Below are positions 50,988-60,818 of a stretch of 64,000 bases of DNA, piece after piece. The translations under genes and the position numbers were made by a program. The notes under the pieces are model-generated. The model ran no database searches. It saw nothing but the letters and a program-made list of their open reading frames with translations, and was not told the origin of the DNA. Source of the DNA: an uncultured Chloroflexota bacterium (GTDB lineage Bacteria > Chloroflexota > UBA11872 > VXNJ01); NCBI GenBank assembly GCA_913043205.1, contig CAJWLF010000013.1, positions 4,787 to 68,786 of the forward strand, given 5' to 3'. The number at the start of each line of letters is the position of its first letter. The first letter of the stretch is position 1.

Positions 50988-52145
50988 CTAATAGTTTTGT
51001 CTGTACAGCTCTGTTATTTCATCAATTGTTGCAATTCTAGGATTATTGCCCGGACTACCAGACGCTATCGCATCTTCAGCCATTTTAACGACCGATCGTT
51101 CGAATAGGTCCAAATCAGCCCCTGTTTGGCTTAGTGTTGGCACAGCCAAAATTTCAGTTATCTCTCTAACTTTGTCTATACCACAATTAGCCGCAGTTAT
51201 TGAATCCAGCCCCCCAACTTCACATCCCAATGCGTCAGCTATTGACGCATACCTCTGCGGAGCAGATCCCAAACTAAAAGCCATGACACTCTGCAGCAAT
51301 ATTGAATTGCACAGTCCATGTGGAAGATGAAACACAGCCCCTATCGGGCGTGCCATTCCATGAACTAGAGCTACTGATGAATTGGCAAAGGCCATTCCGG
51401 CCTGCATGGATGCAAATGTCATATCGTCCCGTGCTTCTTCGTCATAGTCCTCTGAGCATGCCCTAACGATGCTGGCTGATATTCGCCTAATTGCAGACAG
51501 AGCCAAATCATCGGTAATGGGTTGAGCTTTGCGAGACACATAGGCCTCTATGGCATGAGTAAGAGCGTCCACCCCTGCATATATTGATGGCCGTAATGGA
51601 GCTGTGTCTGCCAGAGCCGGATCGGAAAACGACACGTCCGGCAACAATTCCAAACTGGAAATTAGCATCTTTACATCCCTCTCTTCGTCAGTAATGATGC
51701 TAAATGGGGTCACTTCCGCGCCCGTGCCGGCAGTCGTACTGAGACATATAAGAGGTGGCCTACCAGTTTGCACCTTGTTGGCACCCTCAAGTTTCGGAAG
51801 ACTGCTATTCGCAGAAACTGCCCTGACAGCAATCGCCTTTGCCGCATCCATAGGACTACCACCACCCAATCCTATAACTATGTCAGAATTGAAAGAGTGA
51901 AACACCTTTAGTCCAGCCTCGACCATTTCAACTGTTGGCTCCGCTATGACTCCATCGTACTGAATTGTGGCAATCCCAGCATTCTCCAATAACTCCAAGA
52001 CATCTTGGGCAGCAGCAGAAGCTATGACGTGAGGATCCGTAACCACTAATGCACGACTTCCACCTAACTTAGTTACACTATCTCCTACTGCCTTCCTGCA
52101 TCCTCTACCCGTGTAAACATCCTGTGGAGCATGAAATTCAGCCAT
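50988..52145 (-). CDS. Iron-containing alcohol dehydrogenase
   Basis: GLGGGSPMDAAK, TTAGTGAEVT, DALTHAIEAY, VHGMARPIGA.FHLPHG. Confidence 0.93.
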   Translation of the reverse strand: MAEFHAPQDVYTGRGCRKAVGDSVTKLGGSRALVVTDPHVIASAAAQDVLELLENAGIATIQYDGVIAEPTVEMVEAGLKVFHSFNSDIVIGLGGGSPMDAAKAIAVRAVSANSSLPKLEGANKVQTGRPPLICLSTTAGTGAEVTPFSIITDEERDVKMLISSLELLPDVSFSDPALADTAPLRPSIYAGVDALTHAIEAYVSRKAQPITDDLALSAIRRISASIVRACSEDYDEEARDDMTFASMQAGMAFANSSVALVHGMARPIGAVFHLPHGLCNSILLQSVMAFSLGSAPQRYASIADALGCEVGGLDSITAANCGIDKVREITEILAVPTLSQTGADLDLFERSVVKMAEDAIASGSPGNNPRIATIDEITELYRQNY

Positions 52146-52196
52146 GCCTATTCTCCTTACTAAGTGGCATAATTCTAGATCCTCCTCCTTCCATAC

Positions 52197-52961
52197 CTAA
52201 CTGACTTTAAGACCTCCATCAACGACGATGGTGTCACCGGTAACAAAACTCGAAGCGTCTGACGAAAGAAAAATTGCCGCACCCACTAGATCATCCGGTT
52301 GCCCTAAACGACGCAAGGGTGTTTGATCTATGGCGGCTTGCCTTACATCATCATCATCAAGAATGGGCTTAGTCATAGACGTCTCAATAAATCCAGGAGC
52401 TATCAAGTTAACGCGAACATTATGTGAAGACCACTCCAACGAAAGAGATCTAGCCAAGGCAGATACAGCCCCTTTGGTAGCACCGTACAAATTTCTATTC
52501 ATTAAAGCCATTTCAGCTACAACGGAACTAATGAGGACAATCGAGCCGCCGCCAGAACTGATCATTCTGCGTCCGGCTTCTTGACAGCAAAACACCAACC
52601 CACGCACATTAGTATCGAAAACTTCATCATAGTTATCTTCAGATACATCAAGAAATGGAACCCGCTGCGATATACCGGCAGAAGCAATCAGGATATCAAG
52701 TTGTCCAAAAGCCTCGTCAAACTGCTTGTAGGCATTCCGAATTTCATCCGCATTTTTCACATCAGTAGGGATACCTAAAGTTTTTCGACCGAATCCAGAA
52801 ATTGTTTTTGTTACCTGATCTAAATCAGATTTCGTGCGTGATACAAGTGCAACATCGGCTCCAGCCTCTGCCAGACCCAGGGCTATCGATCGACCTATCC
52901 CTCGTCCAGCCCCTGTGATCAGGGCCGTCTTTCCTTGAAGGTCAAACATTCTTGCAGCCAA
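52197..52961 (-). CDS. Short-chain dehydrogenase/reductase (gluconate-5-dehydrogenase/KduD-like)
   Basis: TGAGRGIG, YGATKG, VRVNLIAPGFIET, SSFVTG...VDGG. Confidence 0.9.
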   Translation of the reverse strand: MAARMFDLQGKTALITGAGRGIGRSIALGLAEAGADVALVSRTKSDLDQVTKTISGFGRKTLGIPTDVKNADEIRNAYKQFDEAFGQLDILIASAGISQRVPFLDVSEDNYDEVFDTNVRGLVFCCQEAGRRMISSGGGSIVLISSVVAEMALMNRNLYGATKGAVSALARSLSLEWSSHNVRVNLIAPGFIETSMTKPILDDDDVRQAAIDQTPLRRLGQPDDLVGAAIFLSSDASSFVTGDTIVVDGGLKVS

Positions 52962-52989
52962 TTAGAATCCTCCGTTCTTTACATGTAAT

Positions 52990-53721
52990 CTAATCATCAG
53001 TTTCATTTGCCTGACCAGAAAGCAATGAGCATAGAATTTCACTTTCAAAGCTTGAGTTGGCAGCTACTGAATCAGGATTGTTGAGTGATAAGGCAGATTT
53101 CAAATACGTGACTGCGGGCGGACTGTGATTTGCCAACCTCTCCACAATAGTCTTGACTGAATATTCAATGTCATCAGACTCAAACACGTTGACCACCAAT
53201 CCACAATCGTTAGCCTTAATAGACCCAATTCGGTCTCCAAGAAACAGCATGGCAACAGCCTGGCTGTAATTGATAGCACGTGTTAATAATGGAACCCCAC
53301 CCCAACCTGGAATCCAACCATTTGTTATTTCCGGGAAACCAAACTGAGCATCTTTTCGAGCAATTCTCATATCACAACTAAGGGCCAATTCCAGCCCGCC
53401 TCCCAGGCAATAGCCGTGAATACTAGCTACAGAAATTTGAGGTAAATTGCGAATCTTGTCGAGCACTCTGTGGCCGGTAGTCGTCCATCTATCTAATCCA
53501 TTGGAATCTAATTCACGTACAACTTTTAGATCAGCCCCTGCGCAAAAAGCTCGATCTCCGTTGCCAGCAAAAAGTACTACTCTATAACTGTCATCAACAC
53601 TGATACGGTCGACAGTTTCTTCAATCTGAGACAGCATCTCCCAATTGATAGCATTTAGCACGTCTGGGCGATTCAATGTGATACGCAGAACACCTTCACT
53701 AAGTTCGTCTGTATATATCAA
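52990..53721 (-). CDS. Enoyl-CoA hydratase/isomerase (crotonase) family
   Basis: ITLNRP..LNA, AFCAGADL, GGGLELAL.CD, FGFPE (both catalytic Glu present). Confidence 0.92.
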   Translation of the reverse strand: MIYTDELSEGVLRITLNRPDVLNAINWEMLSQIEETVDRISVDDSYRVVLFAGNGDRAFCAGADLKVVRELDSNGLDRWTTTGHRVLDKIRNLPQISVASIHGYCLGGGLELALSCDMRIARKDAQFGFPEITNGWIPGWGGVPLLTRAINYSQAVAMLFLGDRIGSIKANDCGLVVNVFESDDIEYSVKTIVERLANHSPPAVTYLKSALSLNNPDSVAANSSFESEILCSLLSGQANETDD

Positions 53722-53751
53722 TTCAGATCTCCCACATTCACTTAAGCGTCG

Positions 53752-55272
53752 CTATTCCAAGAACAAGGATGTTGCCATCAAATCGAAGTCGTCAACAATA
53801 GGTTTGAATTCCATTAATCCCAATACATCTTTTTCGAGTTGCACCCCTGGAGCCAGCTCGATCAACTTTATGCCGTCATCTGTTAATTCAAAAACTGCAC
53901 GCTCAGAAATAAATAACACTTGCTGGCCACGACGCAGTGCCTCTTTCCCACTGAACGTAATATGCTCAACTTTTTTCACAAATTTTGCAGCCTTACCAAC
54001 ATCATGAACCTTTACATTTCCGTCCGTCACTTCAACATTTGCCTTTACCCCAAACGTTCCACAAAACACTATCTTTCGCGCACTCTGAGTGATATCGATA
54101 AACCCACCACAACCAGCAAGAATTCTTCCAAAGCGACTTACATTCACATTCCCTTCGACATCAGCCTGAGCCATTCCTAAAAAGGCTATGTCTAGACCAC
54201 CTCCTTGGTAAAAATCGAATTGATAGGGAGCATCTAGTATCGCCGTAGGGTTCGACATGGCTCCAAAGGCCACACCTGTCACTGGCCACCCACCCCATGC
54301 ACCTTGCTCAGTAGTAAAAGTTACCTTCTCCATCATCCCTATATCCTCTGCAGCACTAGGGACTCCATCCGACATGCCAAACCCTATGTTTACCATCTGA
54401 CCCTCTTCAAGTTCTTGAGCAGCTCTCCTGGTAATAAGCAGCCTTTGATCCAGTTCCTGATCGGGATAGTCTGGGTCTTGCAAACGTTCTACTCCGCAAT
54501 AATAGGGATTGAACTGCTCAACTAGTGTTTGCGGCTGCGATTCATCTACTACAATCGCTCCAATCACATGCCCGGGCACTTTTACCTGCCGAGGATCTAT
54601 CGTCCTAGCATCCACCACCCGAGCAACCTGAGCTATAGAGCTTCCACCATGATTGCTAGCAGCCGTCGCCTGAGACAACATTTCAAACCAGCCCGCCTCA
54701 TGTTCAAGACTGATATTACCTAATTGGTCCGCAGTCGTACCGCGCACTATTGCTACGTCAGGAGGAGGAATCTTGTAGTAAAGATGTTCCTCTCCATCCA
54801 TTTCTACATATTTCACCAAGTCTTCTTTGGTTGCAGTGTTTAGCTTGCCACCATCAATACGAGGATCAACGAATGTTCCAAGTCCTATACGACTCAACAT
54901 CCCAGGATGACCACCGGCAACCCGACGCATTAATTGACTAAGTACCCCCTGTGGAAAGTTATAAGCCTCTACATCACCTGACAGGGCCAGACTAGCTATA
55001 GCGGGCGACATACCATAATGCCCCAGAATTACCCTCTTAATCATCCCTGACAAGGCTAACCTATCAGTGCCTGCCCCGGCTTGATCGCCCAGTCCGCTGG
55101 TATGTACGATAGTCAGATCAGATGGGTGCCCAGTGTTTTCATATCGTCTAGCAAGAGCTGCAATTGTAAAGTCAGGGACATTTATAGCCCCGTTACCACC
55201 AAGATATACAACATCACCATCTTGGATCACCTGTATAGCATCGTCAGCCGGACGTATCTTTGATTCAAACAT
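53752..55272 (-). CDS. Single-chain family I CoA-transferase (YdiF/Pct-like)
   Basis: EAYNFPQG, GLGTFVDPR, TEQG catalytic Glu, FDFYQGGGLD, GNVNVS, GCGGFIDI. Confidence 0.92.
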   Translation of the reverse strand: MFESKIRPADDAIQVIQDGDVVYLGGNGAINVPDFTIAALARRYENTGHPSDLTIVHTSGLGDQAGAGTDRLALSGMIKRVILGHYGMSPAIASLALSGDVEAYNFPQGVLSQLMRRVAGGHPGMLSRIGLGTFVDPRIDGGKLNTATKEDLVKYVEMDGEEHLYYKIPPPDVAIVRGTTADQLGNISLEHEAGWFEMLSQATAASNHGGSSIAQVARVVDARTIDPRQVKVPGHVIGAIVVDESQPQTLVEQFNPYYCGVERLQDPDYPDQELDQRLLITRRAAQELEEGQMVNIGFGMSDGVPSAAEDIGMMEKVTFTTEQGAWGGWPVTGVAFGAMSNPTAILDAPYQFDFYQGGGLDIAFLGMAQADVEGNVNVSRFGRILAGCGGFIDITQSARKIVFCGTFGVKANVEVTDGNVKVHDVGKAAKFVKKVEHITFSGKEALRRGQQVLFISERAVFELTDDGIKLIELAPGVQLEKDVLGLMEFKPIVDDFDLMATSLFLE

Positions 55273-55300
55273 CAGGACACATCCATCAGAGTACTAAATA

Positions 55301-56182
55301 CTATCCTTTGATACCGGTTAGGGTAATTCCTTCAATAAATCTACGCTGCCCAAAGAAGAACATGATCACCATTGGAAGCGTAAACATAGTGGAGCATGCC
55401 ATAAGCAAGTCCCACCTAGCACCATATAGAGTAAAGAATGTTCGCAAACCTATTGAAAGGGTATATCTGTCGTTATCACGAAGATATATGAGTGGACCAA
55501 TAAAATCATTCCACGTGAATATCACTTCAAACAGAACAAGAGTCGTAATGGCCGGCTTCATTAATGGCAGGACAACACTCCAGAAAATTTGTAGTTCATT
55601 CGCTCCATCCACACGCGCAGCATCTGAAAGATCCATAGGTATCGTTCTGTAAAACTGCCTAAGCAAGAAAATATAAAAGGCATTGCCAAAAAACGAAGGA
55701 ACGATTAACGGCAGTAATGTATTGAGCCAGCCAATTTGGTGAAACGCTATGTACATAGGAATCATGCGTACCTGAAAAGGCAGCATCATAGTGGCCAACA
55801 CCAGTATAAAAACCTGATCACGATACGGCCAGTTCAATCTGGCAAAACCATAGGCGATAAATGTATTACTAATCAATGCTCCGATTGTCGACCAAACAAC
55901 AAGAGCAAAGGAATTACCCAGATACGTCCAAAACGGTATCACCTCTAATACATCAGGGAAATTCATCCAGCGCGGGTTCACTGGCCACAGGTCTGGCGGA
56001 ACCTTAAATATTTCGGATTGCTCCTTTAAGGAACTCATAAACAACCAGTACAAGGGCAATGCAAATATGATGCCAAAGCCAGCAAGAAACAGGTGTACAC
56101 CGAACCTACCAAGAAGCTCCCTGCCTCTATCGGCTAAGCTTTTAGAGCGCCTAGTAACAACTACCGTTGACGTACTATTCAT
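55301..56182 (-). CDS. Carbohydrate ABC transporter permease (MalG-like)
   Basis: AYGFARL, FLLRQF..IP.DL.DAARVDGA (EAA motif), WNDF..PLIYL. Confidence 0.95.
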   Translation of the reverse strand: MNSTSTVVVTRRSKSLADRGRELLGRFGVHLFLAGFGIIFALPLYWLFMSSLKEQSEIFKVPPDLWPVNPRWMNFPDVLEVIPFWTYLGNSFALVVWSTIGALISNTFIAYGFARLNWPYRDQVFILVLATMMLPFQVRMIPMYIAFHQIGWLNTLLPLIVPSFFGNAFYIFLLRQFYRTIPMDLSDAARVDGANELQIFWSVVLPLMKPAITTLVLFEVIFTWNDFIGPLIYLRDNDRYTLSIGLRTFFTLYGARWDLLMACSTMFTLPMVIMFFFGQRRFIEGITLTGIKG

Positions 56183-57056
56183 TTTCGTAATACACCCATC
56201 GTCGAGTACCTCTAAACACCACCAGGGTAAAGAACATTATGATCATAAACAGCAACCATGCTAAGGCTGAGGCATATCCCATACGTAGATTTTCAAATGC
56301 ATGGAAATATAAATTCAGTCCGTAGAATAACGACGCATTAGCGGGGCCACCTTGGGTCATAATGTATGACTCGGCAAATGCTTGAAACGAAAATATCAAT
56401 CCGACTACCACATTGAAAAGAATCACCGGGGTAAGAAGGGGTAAAGTTATATGTCGAAACACCGTTATAGGACCGGCCCCATCTATACGCGCCGCCTCAT
56501 AAAGATGCCTGGGAATCTCTTGTAATCCAGCGAGGAATATAATGATCGCCCTACCACTCCCCCATATCGCCATAATCACCAATGCTGGCTTTACCCACGT
56601 AGTAGACCCAAGCCAATTGGGCCCTACTAATCCCATAGCCTCCAACAGGTAGTTCACAATACCGCGTTGAGGATTCAAAACCCATATCCAGATAAGGGAC
56701 GAGGCCACCGTAGGTACAAGCACTGGGATAAAATAGATGAGCCTATAAGTAGCACGTGCCACAATTTTTCGATTGAGCAATGCTGCCAAAAATATATCTA
56801 CAATAGTTCCAAAAATAACTAGTGTTATTGCAAAATAAAATGTGTTGCCAATCGACACCCAAAACACAATATCTTTGAAAAACATGAACTCATAGTTGTA
56901 TAGGCCTATAAATTCAGCGTCCCTAACTATGTTGTAATTCGTAAATGAATACCATAGCGATGCGAAAAAAGGATATGCAGTGAACAGAAGAAAACCTAAC
57001 ACCCAGGGACCAACGAAAATCCCCGCCCACATCAAATTACTTCGATTTGTATTCAT
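56175..57056 (-). CDS. Carbohydrate ABC transporter permease (MalF-like)
   Basis: FIGLYNY, FLAGLQEIP..LYEAARIDGA, HITLPLLTP, MGYASALAW. Confidence 0.95.
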   Translation of the reverse strand: MNTNRSNLMWAGIFVGPWVLGFLLFTAYPFFASLWYSFTNYNIVRDAEFIGLYNYEFMFFKDIVFWVSIGNTFYFAITLVIFGTIVDIFLAALLNRKIVARATYRLIYFIPVLVPTVASSLIWIWVLNPQRGIVNYLLEAMGLVGPNWLGSTTWVKPALVIMAIWGSGRAIIIFLAGLQEIPRHLYEAARIDGAGPITVFRHITLPLLTPVILFNVVVGLIFSFQAFAESYIMTQGGPANASLFYGLNLYFHAFENLRMGYASALAWLLFMIIMFFTLVVFRGTRRWVYYENE

Positions 57057-57190
57057 CTAAAACCAGCACCTTAGCCAATCGACCATAAAAACTTCGCCAA
57101 TTACTTATAGAACTATCTTCATTGGCAATGTAATCACATAGCCCTATCAAAGCATCACCATAAAACCTTGGGGATAGATATAAACTTGCA

Positions 57191-57231
57191 ATTGGGCCGG
57201 AGACTCCATCGCTGGAGACCTCCGACCCAAT
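57191..57231 (-). terminator. Intercistronic stem-loop downstream of the solute-binding gene (partial terminator or mRNA stabiliser)
   Basis: ATTGGG-CCGGAG-ACTCCA tcgc TGGAG-AC-CTCCG-A-CCCAAT, an imperfect long inverted repeat about 30 nt after the SBP stop. Confidence 0.7.
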
Positions 57232-57262
57232 AAATTAAGCATTTATTGAAGCAGGGAGAAAA

Positions 57263-58750
57263 TTACTTCGCTTTAGCATCAATGTCGGATTGAGTAGCCT
57301 TAGTGATGTCTGCAAGAGCAGCATCGACCGTCTTCTCACCGAGATATATCTGATCCTGAGCTGTACCAAGGGCTTTACGGAATACACCGTAGGAACCAAA
57401 CGGAGGTAGCTTCCATGTATTCGGGAAGATATCCGTCAAAGCTACACCATTGTACGGGGAAGCCTTGTGGTAGAACGGAGTGTCAAGACTCTTTCTGATA
57501 GCCGGAACTGAGTCAGCAACAGTCTTACGCTCCATCTGCTTAGGACTAGTTAGGAATGAACTCCACGCCCATCCACCCTCGGCGTTCTTAGCACCGTTAG
57601 GGATGATGTACACGTTGGTGTTCAAGTCACTCGTTCGATATTTTTTCGAGCCAGAAGTCGGAATGGCTTGCCATTGCTTATTCTGCTTCGGTGCTTGCTT
57701 ATCGATATCTGAAAACCACCAGCTGGACAAACCAGCCATACCTACAAGGTTGGTGTACAGCGGGCCATCAGAAGTGAAACGCCCAAAGCCGCCAGTACCG
57801 TATGTAGATTTCCAAGCAACTAATTCAGAACCTTTGTGGGTATCTGCGTAGCCCTTGTGCCAGTTCATCAAAGTCTTCATGTCGTCGGTAGAGGCATTAA
57901 ATTTGCCCTTACCGTCGTACACGTCTTCACCGCCCCACACGGCTGCCCATGTGGTAGGTGCTGAGAACATACTGGGAGAAAAACCAAGCGTCTTAATCTT
58001 GCTTCCAGATTTCTTGTACAACTTGGCTCCGACTGCCTCAGCTTCCGCCAAAGTCTTAAAGTTTGCTGGGACAGTAACGCCCATTTCTTTAGCCAAATCT
58101 AAGTTTGTGTACAACAAAGCCACAATTCCGGATAGAGGCACGGCATGCCGCTTACCCTGGAATATGGTCTGTGCCACTGGGCCTGCCAAAAAGTCTTCAG
58201 GCTTCCAAGTTTTCGCATCGCGCTTTACCCACTTGTCTATAGCAGTTGTAGCGCCAGCTTCGGCGTGACCACCAAGTGCATGGTACCAGTTTCGAACAGC
58301 GTCCGGAGGGTTACCAGCAGCAACGGATGTCAGCAATTTAGGGTTAATCTGACCCCATGGCTGAATGACGTGCTTCACTTCATGGCTCGGGTTCCCAGCA
58401 TTGAAAATGTCAATGATGGATCCGTATACACCACCCACTTTACCGTGGGTTTTTGGGTCAAATCCTGACCACAGCTCAACGGTTTGTCGGTTCAACTGAC
58501 TTGCAGCCACTTCAACCTTCTTAACCTTCTCGACGACGATGGCGTCAGTTCGAGCTGCGTTCACACCCAATTGCTTCTCGACCTCGACGATCTTCTCGAC
58601 CTCGACGATCTTTTCTACAGGAACCTCAACGATCTTTTCAACCGTTTTGGTTTCACCGCAACCCGCAAGGGACGCCGCGCCTACAACACCAAAAGTGCCG
58701 AGTAATCCGCCTTTGACGACCTTACGTCTGCTGACGTTTCCGAGTTTCAT
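57263..58750 (-). CDS. Sugar-family ABC substrate-binding lipoprotein with Tat signal
   Basis: SRRKVVK twin-Arg, LAGC lipobox, VEKIVEV linker repeats, LLTSVAAGNPPD, LYTNLDL; adjacent to two permeases. Confidence 0.9.
   Translation of the reverse strand: MKLGNVSRRKVVKGGLLGTFGVVGAASLAGCGETKTVEKIVEVPVEKIVEVEKIVEVEKQLGVNAARTDAIVVEKVKKVEVAASQLNRQTVELWSGFDPKTHGKVGGVYGSIIDIFNAGNPSHEVKHVIQPWGQINPKLLTSVAAGNPPDAVRNWYHALGGHAEAGATTAIDKWVKRDAKTWKPEDFLAGPVAQTIFQGKRHAVPLSGIVALLYTNLDLAKEMGVTVPANFKTLAEAEAVGAKLYKKSGSKIKTLGFSPSMFSAPTTWAAVWGGEDVYDGKGKFNASTDDMKTLMNWHKGYADTHKGSELVAWKSTYGTGGFGRFTSDGPLYTNLVGMAGLSSWWFSDIDKQAPKQNKQWQAIPTSGSKKYRTSDLNTNVYIIPNGAKNAEGGWAWSSFLTSPKQMERKTVADSVPAIRKSLDTPFYHKASPYNGVALTDIFPNTWKLPPFGSYGVFRKALGTAQDQIYLGEKTVDAALADITKATQSDIDAKAK
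58574..58642. repeat. Coding tandem repeat (18-bp unit) encoding a (VEKIVE)n linker
   Basis: CTTCTCGACCTCGACGAT twice exactly, followed by a degenerate continuation. Confidence 0.85.
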
Positions 58751-59032
58751 CTCCTACTTTTTCTCCTTCAACGGTTGGTAAGTAAGGAACTCCCCAATTA
58801 AATTGAACATATCGAGAAACTTCAATCTGATTCGCCCTCAACGATGACGAGAACCAAACCTAGCGTCCCCCTAACGCTCTTACTTCGGACTCTAATGCTA
58901 CCATCAACACCAATCCTATGGCAATTCACTGCGCTACTTATTACCTTAGTACTTAGGGAACATCACCATATTTGGCAACTCTCTTCCAACTCCAGCTCAG
59001 AATTTACTAAGACCAGTTTCAGTGTTTTGGTG

Positions 59033-60646
59033 CTAGTGAGACTCATGATCATTCTCAGGAACCTCTGCAACCAAAGCACCTATAGTCAGCACCATGCCCG
59101 CTATAGACCCAGCATTCTCCAAAACGGACCGAACAACCTTCGCAGGATCAATTATTGCTACATCATCGTCCAACATGTCGACATATTGCTCAGATATAAC
59201 ATCAAACCCTATCGTCTTGCTGCCTTCTTCAACCTGCCTCCGTTTTACGTCTCCCACTACAACATCCCCATTAAACCCAGCATTACGTGCAATTTGCTTG
59301 ATGGGTTCCTCCAGTGCAGCAATCACCGATCGATACCCGGTACTTTCATCACCATCTAACAAATCGGAGTCAAGACCTTCAGCCGCTACCAGTAGTGTAA
59401 CTCCGCCGCCGGGAACTATACCTTCTTCAACAGCTGCCCTGGTGGCAGCTACAGCGTCTTCCACTCTGAAAGCCTTTTCTCTCACCTCAGTCTCCGTTGC
59501 TCCACCAACTCTCAATATAGCCACACCTCCAGATAATTTACCAAGGCGGCTCTCTAACCTTTCCCGGTCATGCTGCAATGGGGTCTCTTTAATCTGTGAA
59601 GCTACCTGGTTGACTCTAAACGCTACTTGTTCGTCAGAACCGTGCCCGCCGACCAAAGTAGCCGACTCCCGATCCACTACCACTCTTCGACAACGACCCA
59701 AATCATCAATCGTCACAGAAACCAAGTCCCTTCCTACTCGGTCCGAAATCACAACCCCTCCAGTCAGCGCGGCAATATCTTCAAGAACCTCGTCCCTAGC
59801 ATCACCCCATTCGGGGGATTCAATTGCAACACAGCCAATGTTGCCTTGCATCTTGTTCATCACCAATGTGGCCATAGCCTCGTCAGCTATAGCATCACCC
59901 ATCACTAGCAAGGAATCAGCCCCGTTAGCTTTCACCACCTCCAATACCGGCAGAATATCGGCAACCGAGGATATTTGTGCATCACTGATAAGAAGGAAAC
60001 AATCATCCAATTCAGCCTGCATACGCTCTTCGCTAGTAATGAAATAGGGAGACAAGAATCCACTGTCGATACGAATTCCATCAACGTATTCGATTTCCAG
60101 GTTCAATCCAGTGGATTCCTCAACGCTGACAGCTCCATTAGGGCCAACCTTGTCTATAGCTTCCCCGACTAAGTCTCCTATTGCCTGTTCGGCAGCAGAA
60201 ATAGTGGCTACACTCTTAATTTCCTCCAAACTTTTAACAGGTACTGCCTGATCCTCGACAAGCTTAATAGCATCCGTTATCGCCCTCTGCACACCAAGCC
60301 TGATGAGCATAGGATTAGCACCAGCTGCAATGTTTCTAAGACCCTGCTGCAGAATTGCCTGAGCCATAACCACAGACGTGGTTGTACCATCCCCTGCCAC
60401 TATATTCGTCTGATTGGCCACCTCCTTGAAAACCTGTGCTCCCATATCCTCAAAAACATCCTCAAGTTCTACATGACGGGCTACTGTCACACCATCGTGT
60501 GTAATAGTTGGTGCAGCATAACGCCGACCCAGGGCAACGTTTCGCCCCTTAGGACCAAGTGTAGATTTGACCGCTTCGGCTAATTTATCGATACCATTCA
60601 TCGCAAGGCGCCGAGCATCTTGCCCATGAATAATCTCTTTAGGCAT
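59033..60646 (-). CDS. groEL: Chaperonin GroEL paralogue
   Basis: MPKEI, STLGPKGRNV, ITHDGVTVA, AGDGTTT, RVEDAVAATRAAVEEGIVPGGG, IIDPAKV; no GGM tail. Confidence 0.93.
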   Translation of the reverse strand: MPKEIIHGQDARRLAMNGIDKLAEAVKSTLGPKGRNVALGRRYAAPTITHDGVTVARHVELEDVFEDMGAQVFKEVANQTNIVAGDGTTTSVVMAQAILQQGLRNIAAGANPMLIRLGVQRAITDAIKLVEDQAVPVKSLEEIKSVATISAAEQAIGDLVGEAIDKVGPNGAVSVEESTGLNLEIEYVDGIRIDSGFLSPYFITSEERMQAELDDCFLLISDAQISSVADILPVLEVVKANGADSLLVMGDAIADEAMATLVMNKMQGNIGCVAIESPEWGDARDEVLEDIAALTGGVVISDRVGRDLVSVTIDDLGRCRRVVVDRESATLVGGHGSDEQVAFRVNQVASQIKETPLQHDRERLESRLGKLSGGVAILRVGGATETEVREKAFRVEDAVAATRAAVEEGIVPGGGVTLLVAAEGLDSDLLDGDESTGYRSVIAALEEPIKQIARNAGFNGDVVVGDVKRRQVEEGSKTIGFDVISEQYVDMLDDDVAIIDPAKVVRSVLENAGSIAGMVLTIGALVAEVPENDHESH

Positions 60647-60818
60647 TAATATAAGTCCCCATTCGTCCGCTCCTCATTTATACGAGCTGGCAAATACCTT
60701 ACAACAGGGCGACAATATTCAGCAGCTAATTCCTTAAACAATACATAGTTGATTCCTCATATCTTTACGGCATGACCAATCCTGCAGAAACAAGATTCGT
60801 TTGCCCCTCACGGCCTAC

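Noticed and set aside
58574..58642. Direct repeats as a possible CRISPR or mobile-element signature
   Set aside because: In-frame 18-bp coding repeats with no spacers; they encode the SBP linker.
58844..59359. 171-aa plus-strand ORF overlapping the groEL 3' end
   Set aside because: Overlaps groEL antisense and the SBP upstream region, with no recognisable domain. It is not a GroES.
59094..60047. 317-aa plus-strand ORF antisense to groEL
   Set aside because: Ser/Thr/Pro-rich mirror-frame shadow of a conserved gene, with no motifs or SD. The same applies to other antisense ORFs such as 25187..25819.
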